Below are positions 50,701-61,395 of a DNA stretch of 64,000 nucleotides, in pieces. Within the stretch, counting starts at the first letter, position 1. Every line of letters begins with the position of its first letter. Origin of the DNA: Octopus vulgaris. Its lineage: Eukaryota. The stretch covers positions 134,850,001 through 134,914,000 of the forward strand of contig OX597818.1 of assembly GCA_951406725.2 (NCBI GenBank), read 5' to 3'. A model generated the notes under the pieces. That model was given only the letters and a program-made list of their open reading frames with translations. It was not told where the DNA came from and made no database searches. The translations under genes were made by a program, and so were the position numbers.

Positions 50701-53700
50701 TTCAGCGTGACACAGAGAGTGACAAGGCCGGCCCTTTGAAGTACAGGTACAACAGAAACAGGAAGTAAGAGTGAGAAAAAGTTGTGGCGAAAGAGTACAG
50801 CAGGGATCACCACCATCCCCTGCCGGAGCCTCGTGGAGCTTTTGGGTGTTTTCGCTCAATAAACACTCACAACGCCCGGTCTGGGAATCGAAACCGCGTT
50901 CCTATGACCGCGAGTCCGCTGCCCTAACCACTGGGCCATTGCGCCTCCACATATTTGTGTGTATATTTCCACTGTCATATAAGCAATATTATTCAATTCC
51001 AATGTTCTACAAAAACTTGTTTGGTCACAGGGAACTATTACCTTGCTTGGAAACAGGCGAGGGTTGGCAACTGGTAGGGCACTCAGCAATAGAAAATCTG
51101 CTTCATTAATTTCTATTGGAATGCAAGCATGGAGAAGAGTTGTTAAAATGATGATTTTGATTACAAAAATATGCATAAATGACTAAGGTCATGTGATTCT
51201 GTTATTTGTGTCCTTAATTACACTGCTTTGTCTTTGTTATCATTTTAGGTTCGAGTATCTTTCGTCGATTATGGGAATGAAGAAGAGACCTGTGTAAATA
51301 ATCTGGTTGAGGTTCCTCCAAACATCTGTGAATTTAAGCCATTTGCTCGCAAAGTCATTTTGAACCTTACGAAATCCAAAAAGTACATGGATGAGAAAGT
51401 AAGTGTTTTTTTAATTTTTAACTAATTTATGATATTTGCTAACAAGACCATGGTATATTTGCCAATTAGACCATAGTGTACTCTTTTTCTCTTACTCTTT
51501 TACTTGTTTCAGTCATTTGACTGCGGCCATGCTGGAGCACTGCCTTTAGTCGAGCAAATCGACCCCAGGACTTATTCTTTGTAAGCCCAGTACTTATTCT
51601 ATTGGTCTCTTTTGCCGAACCGCTAAGTGACGGGGACGTAAACACACCAGCATCGGTTGTCAAGCAATGCTAGGGGGACAAACACACACGCACACAAACA
51701 CACACTTATATATATATACATATATATGACAGGCTTCTTTCAGTTTCCGTCTACCAAATCCACTCACAAGGCATTGGTTGGCCCGGGGCTATAGCAGAAG
51801 ACACTTGCCCAAGATGCCACGCAGTGGGACTGAACCCGGAACCATGTGGTTGGTTAGCAAGCTACTTACCACACAGCCACTCCTGCGCCTGTATTAGTAA
51901 TTTTTTCGATTTGTTTATTTTAACTTAGTTCATGGGTCAAATACAAATACCAGCTTGTTGCATGGTGAGAATAAGTCCACCAAAAACTGCAATATGAAAA
52001 GGATTCAAAAGAATAACTATCCTGCATCATTTGTCATGTGGGTTAACAAAGGGTGCATTTGGGTTGCCTCTGATAAAATCCTATAGAGGAAGTTTCTGAG
52101 GACTCTGCTCCCTCAACTCTCCCAGGAATATTGGGCAGAAGAAGATGGACGAATGGATGGATTTGAACTTAAAAATCAACATTTTTTTATAGTTTCCTTG
52201 TTAGTTTTAGGAAGTAAATAAAAATATACCTTAATAAAGATAATTTATGTATTATAATAATAATAATAATAAACATTGTGTACAGTGTTCAGGTGCACTA
52301 CAACTCATCTAAAGTGTATGTATAATCAGGTGTAGTTTCGGCGGATTTCGGAAAGCATGAGGGCCTTAAAGGATGCAGTGTCATGGCAGTCAACAACTGA
52401 CGCAAGCAGTTTATTCCATGCTTCAGCAACTCTGAGCGTGAAAAAATGTTTCCAAAAGTCATGGGAGCTGTGTTGTTTTCTGACTTTGTAGGCATATCCA
52501 CGTGTGTTAGACACATGAAGATCAAAAAGGTGTTCAGTGTTGTTGTTGGTGAGGTGGTTGATAACTTTGTGGGTGTTTACCAAGTCCATCGCCAGACGCC
52601 GGAGCTTCAGGGAAACAAGGCGCTCAGAGTATGGTAGGTGTCTGATGGAGGGTATGCGTTTGGTTGCACGTCTCTGGACAGATTCCAGGAGGTCAATGTT
52701 CTGAGCAAGATAGGGGTTCCAAACTGATGATGCGAATTCCAAGTGTGGTCGTACCATAGCTGTATACAGTTTTAAATAGATGGCTGGAGAGCGGCTAAAA
52801 AAAGTCTTGCTGAGTGATGCCAAGACACCCTCGGCCTTCTTGACAATTTTAGAGATATGCTTTGTCCAACGCAAATCACTGCTGGCAGTGATGCTAGTGA
52901 TATGGTTGCATAAGTAAATGTTACTGTTATCCTAAACATGTAGAATCTTAAAATCAGTTTTCTTTAAATATCAACACAGAGACTTTCTTCTAGCCATTTT
53001 ATTAATATAAGCTTTGTTGTTTTTATTTTCTATTCATTATTTAGGGATTGGCTTTTGTAAAGGAATTCACAAATGGAAAACTGCTAAAACTCCACCCAGC
53101 TGGTCGTTTGTCTGATGGCACTGGAATCTATGGGGAATTATTCTATGATGGTTTCAGTCTCAGTGACCTATTTGTACAGGAGGGCTACATTGTTAAAAAG
53201 ACACTCCCACAGAAAAATAACTTGCAAAATTCTCTTAGCTCACCTAACATGATGCCATTAAATTGTTCACTCCAGTCATCACGACCTTCTTCTAGTTTGG
53301 GAAATCATGCACCAAGTCTTTTACCAACCCCAGTCAGTAATCTGGAGCAGGTTAATTATGTGAACAAAAATACATTGACACAGTGAGTACTATTACTACT
53401 GCTACTATTATTGATTATATAACGGTGGTGAAACGACAAGATTGGATCAGTAAAGTGATGAATAAAATGTTTTGTGATATCTGGAGACGTTTCTTTACAT
53501 TTGGGGTTCAAATCCCATTAAGGTGAACATTGACTTTCATTCAGGGTTTCAATAAAATAAGTACTAGTCAAGTGATAGGATTGATTTAATCAGCTACACT
53601 TCTACCTCTGATTGTGCTTGTCTCAGAAATTGTATATTGTTCTATAAAGTTTTTTTAATGTAATCAGATTTCATTGATTTTTATAAATATTTTATTAACC

Positions 53701-56700
53701 CTTTAGTGTTCAGATTATTCTGTCAAATCTGATGTTTGTTTATTTAAAATGGTTTGAATTAATCCTGCCATTATCTTGTAGTTTAGAGATTGCAGTGATG
53801 TGATTTTTCAGTTTTAGAATGACATGGTAGGGCTGAGGTGAGAGGCGAGATCTGGTCAGTTTCAATATAAAACAGGTTAAATATTTTGGCCGGATATGGA
53901 CGGTTTGAATGCTAAAGGGTTAAACAATATAATAACTGATGTTTCTGAAGGGAAAGTTGCATGTTGGGATGTATGAAAGGAGCTGTGTTTTATGGCAATG
54001 AAACATGGATAATGAATGGAGAGCAGCAGTGAAAGGTGAAAAGATCGAAAAGCAGTGGATAAAAGGGGAGAGGAAGGCAATGAATTGAGGAGCATAATTG
54101 GAATAGAGCCAGGGATGGTTGATGGGGGGGGTAAAGGGATGAAAGGGTTGGTCATGTGCTGAGGAAGGATGAAGGTGATTGGGTGAGAAGAATGATAGAA
54201 ATGAATGTGGAAAGAAGTAGAGGAAGATGAAGAAAGACATGGTTAACCCTTTAGTGTTCACCTTATTCTGCCAAAACTAATGCTTTTTTATCCACTTTGT
54301 TTTGAACTAATCATGCATTATCTTGTAGCTATGAGATTTTGATGAGGTAGCTGTTAATTTTTAAGATGATATTGTAGGGTTGGTGTGAGAGACCAGATAT
54401 GGCCAGTTTGAACATAAAACAGGCAGAATACTTTTGGCCGGATATGGCCAGTTTAAATGCTAAAGGGTTAAAGATGATAGAGGATGAAATGAGAGGTTGT
54501 AGAGTAAAGAGTAAAATCATGAAAATTTAAGAGGTTTGCAAAGTTAATTCCTGCTTTAACATGGAAAATGGCCTCAAAACACTTTGAGCTGCTGCTGCTG
54601 TTGTACATTTTAATTGTTTACTTGTCAACTTGTTATTCATGTTGACCTGTTGTTGTCCACTAGTTAGTACTTATTATACAAATGGTATTGTTGTTTTAAT
54701 CTTTTGCTGGTTTCAATGGTTGGATTGAAGTCACACTAAGGCACTGTCTTTTATAGTATCATTAATTAGATTGGGAGGCGCAATGGCCCAGTGGTTAAGG
54801 CAGCGGACTCGCGGTCGTAGGATCGCGGTTTCGATTCCCAGACCGGGCGTTGTGAGTGTTTATTGAGCGAAAACACCTAAAAGCTCCACGAGGCTCCAGC
54901 AGGGGATGGTGGTGATCCCTGCTGTACTCTTTCACCACAACTTTCCCTCACTCTTACTTCCTGTTTCTGTTGTACCTGTATTTCAAAGGGCTGGCCTTGT
55001 CACTCTCTGTGTCACGCTGAATATCCCCGAGAACTACGTTAAAGGATACACGTGTCTGTGGAGTGCTCAGCCACTTACACGTTAATTTCACGAGCAGGCT
55101 GTTCCGTTGATCGGATCAACCGGAACCCTTGTCGTCGTAACTGACGGAGTGCTTCCATCCATTAATTAGATTGATCCTAGTAAATAACTGCTACTTATCT
55201 TATGTTCTAGAAGGATTAATTGTAATGTCAGCTTGAACTCAAAATATAAAATTGTATTATCATTTCATATATATTATTTTATACATTATGATTGTAATAA
55301 TTAATCAACATTTCTCTAGAGATTAATGTCTCATTTAATCTTGGCTAAGATTTAAACTTTTGAATCAAACAATAATTTAACTTTTAAAATATTAAGTTCT
55401 GTGTCCTTGTTATATATTGATGAAACTTAGACATGTATGTGTTGTTAGTAAAACAACTACTTTTCCATTGTGTGTTCATCTAGTGACTTGCGAGAACCAA
55501 TTCCTAAATTACATGGCTGGCTTTCAGATGGAAAAAATACATTAGTACAACTACAATCGGAACTAACATCGACTAAACAAGAATTAGCACAGATAAGACA
55601 AGAAAAAGATGCCCTTCTGCTAGAACTTAGCAATACACAAAGTAAACTTAAGGTATGTGTTTTTTCTTTTTTTTTTTTTGTTTTATTTAAGTTCCAGTAA
55701 CATTCTACATATTAATTAAAGGTAATTTATTTCATGAAAAATTACTTTAAATATTGAAATTTGTACATCTTATATTTCTTAATGTTCTTGTTATTGTCAT
55801 ATTTAAGTATCTAACTCAGAGTTTCTTACCTGATCGTTATTTGATGCTAGCCATTGAAACTTTTATTCACACCTTTGGTGACCCACTTATTGTTGTGTAA
55901 AAAGAGAGATTAGTTATGTGTTGGGTAGATGATCCCTGACATAATGCTTGCTGTCACTGTTTGTTGTGAATTAGATTATCCTATCATTAATTCCTTTCTA
56001 CAATAGTAAACACTATTCTACAATAGTAAACACTATCCTATCATTAATTCCTTTCTACAATAGTAAAGGCAGCGAGCTGGCAGAAATGTTAGCACGCCAG
56101 GTGAAATGCTTTGCCGTATTTCGTCTGTCGTTACGTTCAAAGTTCAAATTCCGCTGAGGTCGACTTTGCCTTTCATCCTTTCGGGGTCGATAAATTAAGT
56201 ACCAGTTACGCACTGGGTTCAATGTAATCGACTTAATACCTATGTCTGTCCTTGTTTGTCCCCTCTGTGTTTAGCCCTTTGTGGGTAGTAAAGAAATATA
56301 TACAATAGTAAACACTAAATAAAAATAGATCTTATTTCGTATTGAGTACAAAAATGTGGCATAGTGTCGAATGACATTGATAGATGGATACTGTCTTTAT
56401 CTAATATAAAACAATGTGTCTTAATTGTTGGACAGCCGTGATTAGTGGATTAGACAGTGAGCAGAAATAAAGTTTGAATAAGATTTATCATAAACCAGTT
56501 CAGAGAAAGCTTTCATTGAAACATGATTTTAAATGGACGCCAAAGTGTTAGAGAGGACCCTACCAGACGACCCAACCGAAGAAGATTATATTTACTGGAA
56601 ATGGATGCTACACATCTGTGTAGTGAAAGTTCCAGATGAATCTAAACTGGAGGTACTCTTAGTCCTCTGCAGAGCAAGGACTTACCCCATCGTTGAAGAA

Positions 56701-59700
56701 TCCGAAACTTTCGAAGCAGTACTCAAAGTTCATAAAGAAAGGTTCAAACATAATGACACACCATATGCTACGAACTTGAAAACAAAAGGAAAACGAGGAG
56801 AATTTATGTGAAGCCTTCAGGTGCTGGCCAAGCAGTGTAAAATCCAAGCCCTAACAGGAGACCGTTACTGAGAAATTCTAATTGATGATGCCTTTGTGGC
56901 TGGGCTTCTATCACCATCAATCTGACAAAGACCTCTTGAGTCATCAGACAGCAGCTTAGGAACAGTCTGTAAGCTTGCTCAAACCATGGAGGTGGCCATT
57001 GAAAACACAACCTATTGCAAGGCTCAGCTGGTATCGATCAACCACCCCATCTTGCAGCTGTTAAATCAGCATGCTTTTAGTGCTGTGAAGACCTCCATTA
57101 AAAAAAAATCAATGCTCAGTGAGAAACTCCACTTGCAAAAGGTATCAGAAGAAAGGCGACTGGGAGAAAGTCTACCTCACGAAAAAGCCACCAAGAAACA
57201 AACAAAACTTCCTTAAAACAGCAGCTATCACAGAGCCCAAGAGCGACTCAAAGGAAAACAGTGATGGGACTTTATCATCCATCATTTTAGCAGTAACAAA
57301 CGGTACAGGACAGCTGGTACCTGTTAAAATTAAGGATAGCAACACACAAGTCCTCTTGACATGGGTTTTCACAGGACATTTATAGAAGCGAATCTTCTTG
57401 CAGTCTGGGGATTACAATACAATCATACCTGCCCAGAAAAAGTTAACTTGGCCAACAACACAGCACTGGAAATTAAAGGCAAATTCAGTAGCAAACTACA
57501 ACTGGGATATAATATAATATAATAATAATAATGAAATTATTGTATACAGTGCTCAGGTGCACCACAACTTGTCAGAAAGTGCATATAAAGTACATGCAGT
57601 AATGTAAAAATGTCTGGAAAGCGAACAATGTATGAGTCAGATACATGCTTGTGTGTGTGTATGGAGGGGAGAAAATCAAGTGTAGTGTTGGCGAATCTCA
57701 GGAAGCATGGAAGCCCTGAATGATGCAGTGCTCCAACAACCGATGCCGGTAGTTTGTTCCATGCTTCAGCAACTCTCAGCGTGAAAAAATGTTTCCTGAA
57801 GTCATGGGAGCTGTGCTGTTTTCTGACTTTGTAAATATGTCCACGGGTGTTAGATGGGTGGAGTTTGAAGAGGTGCTCAGAGTTATTGTTTGTGCGATGG
57901 TTGATATCACATATAATAGAGTTAGATACAGAACAACAAAATCTACAAATAAATCGACAAGGAACTGACCCTGGCAGTACACCATTAGAAGCAATGTATC
58001 AACAAAGAAACAGAGCTCACAGTCCAGCATATGAAAACATGAGCAGATAAACAACTGGCGAAGAGTACCTGAATGAGAATAATACAGGTAACATAATGCC
58101 AACTATTCAAGGACAAAAAGAGACCAGAAAACTGAGATCAGAACAAATTATCAAGACCCCTTTTTATCTAAAGGACTATACGTTTTGAATGCAGCGTAAC
58201 TAACTTTTTACTCAGCAGGGAAGACTGTAATGAATTATAATCTTTATATATAAAAGAGAGGCTGTGTGCTGTCTGTCTCCTACGATTTAGATTCCTAACT
58301 ACTCCCACATTTTGCGGTGCAGTTTAACCAAAAGCGGGTATCTTATAGTCGTGATTCATATCGAGCCCTTCTGGGTATTAGCGTGCGTCTACGATGAGTC
58401 TACGATTTAAAAAAAAATTTACCATCAATTTTTCCCATTTTTAATGCATTTTTGGCATATATAAGGGAAGTAACTCTCTAAAAATTTATTATTAAATCTC
58501 AGAACGTAAAAAGCTACAGTAACACCCCCCTTTGTGGTTAGCCATATTGAGATGGCTATTATACTTTACATCTCTAAAAATGCTTATATAGTTATTTCCC
58601 TTACAAACCCGAGCAACGCTGGGCGATACTGCTAGTATCCTATAATTAATTCCTTTCTACAATAGTAAATATCATCATCATCATTTAGCGTCCGTTTTCC
58701 ATGCTAGCATGGGTTGGACGGTTCAACTCGGGTCTGTGAAGCCGGAAGGCTTCATCAGGCCCAGTCAGATCTGGCAGTGTTTCTACGGCTGGATGCCCTT
58801 CCTAATGCCAACCACTCTAATAGATAAAAATATAGATATCTTATTTTGTATTGAGTTCAAAAATGCAGTATAGTGTTGAATGATGTTGATAGATGGATAC
58901 TGTTTTTACCTAATATAATGGACAGCTGTGATTAATGGATTAGGCAGTGAGCAGAAATAAAGTTTGAAAAAAGCCTTCTTTGAACTGGTTTATTCCACTG
59001 TTGCAGTGTTTAAAATCATTTTTATAATGTTATAACCACCATTTTTATAAAGCAGTGAGCTGGCAGAATCATTAACACATTGGACAGAATGCTTAAAGGC
59101 ATTTCGTCCATCCGTATGTTTTGAGTTCAAATTCTGCCAAGATTGACTTTGCCTTTCATCCTTTTGGGATTGGTGATATATGTAACAGTCAAGTACTGAG
59201 GTTGATATAATTGACTAGGCCCCCTCCCCCAAAATTGCAGACCTTTTGTCTATAATAGAAAGGATTATAATGTTTATAATCACAGCTCATCATCCATAAG
59301 AAGGTGATGAACAGTAAAAGGCTATCCTAAATGCTAACGGTGTCTACTTTCAAAGTGATTGATTTTTATTGTTTTGATTTCAAATCCTGTGGGGTTTGAT
59401 TTTGCCATTCATTTCTCTTGGGTCAATAAATAGATATACAGAGAGTTAAGTGGAGAGAATTGAGTCTTTTTTTAAAAAAATTTTAATGATTTAGTTTAAA
59501 GAGAATGGAGTAGAATCCATGACCCTTCTGAGAGAAGGGAGGCAGGAAGTTATCCTCAAACCAGAGGCCTGGCTTGAATGTCTGTAGTAGAGTGGACACT
59601 CTGTTAAAGTGTCCCAAAGGAACAGATGGTGGTGGTGTTAAACTGACAAAATTAAGCCTGCCATCCAAGTGCAGGAATGGTTATTTTAAAAGATTCCATT

Positions 59701-61359
59701 CAGCTTCTATCACTAAAATTGTAGATATGACAATTGTCTGGGATTCAACCACCACCAAAAACAAAAAGCCAAAAGGTAACTTCTTAATCACATATTCATG
59801 CAAATTTATGACTTTCAGTCAGTGCAAGAACTTGATACAATTAGCCAATCAGTTGTGAGACATGATCATTTGTAAAACAGATGATTTTGTTTTTGACCAT
59901 TTTGATGGTTTGTGTGTTCAAATATCACCATCTTGGTTTTAGATTTAATAGCTGAAGTGCTGATGAGTTGATTAACATTTAATACAGATAATGTGGAATA
60001 TCTGAGTTAGAAGTTTCACACTGGGACACCAGAATACAATGTGGTTGGCTTATGAAATTTAGGACTTCAGTAGCCCAAAGTGGCACAAAAGTATTTAGTG
60101 TATGTGTGTTTTCTTCGTCTCTGTCTATCTCTTTCTTTCTCTCACACACACACATCTCTCTCTCTCATTTCATTCAAAATACAGAGATTCTCATTTTCTA
60201 AACATATATTCCCTAATTTTGAGAAATAAAATTAGATACTAGTCTCCTATTTATCCATAATTTACTTTGTTTCTGTCAAACAGAATATTCAAACTGAATA
60301 CAACAACAAACTTTCTGAAAATTCCTATCATGAATTGGTGAGTGATTTATATTTATTATTGTTTTTGTTTTATATGTTGGAAAAGATCTATGTCCATAAC
60401 AGTTGCCAGGCTTCTTTGTCTGATGCTATTTGTGCATCTGCAGCACATCTTCAACAACTGTAGGATAGAGGGAACTGGAGTTTGGTCTGAATCCTTGCAA
60501 TAGTAGACTGAACTCACTAAAAATGCCTCAGGATTACTGGATGGTGGTGTGTTTGGTATATCTCTTAACTGGAATTAATACAAAGGATAACTAAAAATAT
60601 TTCTGTATTAGATGAAGACAATAGCATCTCAATTGAACATACTTCTGGTATATTCTAAAGAATATTCTTCATTACAAACACAATAAAAACTCAAGTTCAT
60701 GTTTGAATGAAATGGGTTTTGGAAACCGTTCTAGTCTGTTTATTTTCTTTACCTTAGCAGTCACTATGAGATCTAATGTATTGCTTTATGGAATAACAAA
60801 ACATTCTATAATCTAGCTGATGTTTGACTTCTATCCAGGAATAGATTGTTAATGGTTTCTACAATGACCATTGCATATTGACTTTTGTATGTAATTTAAT
60901 ACATGTATATTAAGTAGTACCTGGTGCAAGTGTCTTCTACTACAGTTGTGGGCTAACCAAATCTTGAGTGTATTTGGTGGATAAGAAACTGAAAGAAACT
61001 TGTCATATGTGAGTGTTTTCCCTTGTCTTGACATCATGTGATGTTTATAAACAAACATCAGCATCACACAAGCAGTGTTAGATTTCCAATCTACCATGAA
61101 AACATGTCTGGCCATGAAAACAGGTGAGGGTTGGTGACAGGAATGACATCCGAATAGACTGTAATTTCTGTAAAATAAAGATTTTTTTCATTCCTTAAGA
61201 AAATAACTTTTTTGTTTATGGATTTTGATTATTCACTTATTTTAATTGTTATCAATAATAATGGAATATAATTCCTCTTTTAATTCCAGACTAAAAATAT
61301 AATAACACTTACTGAAAAAATAAGGAAGTTAAGGTAAGCCTAATATATGTGTGTGTTTG

Positions 61360-61395
<36 letters not shown>

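Larger units (their letters stand above)
55962..58997 (+). mobile_element. Internally deleted Gypsy provirus with two LTRs and 5-bp TSD CTGTT
   Basis: LTRs 55962-about 56520 and 58226-58997 align; PPT before 58226; gag-like ORF from 56533; protease-like LLDMG; TSD at 55957-55961 and 58998-59002. Confidence 0.85.

Noticed and set aside
53048-53386. Standalone 112-aa gene
   Set aside because: Bounded by splice sites; it is exon 9 of the STK31-like gene.
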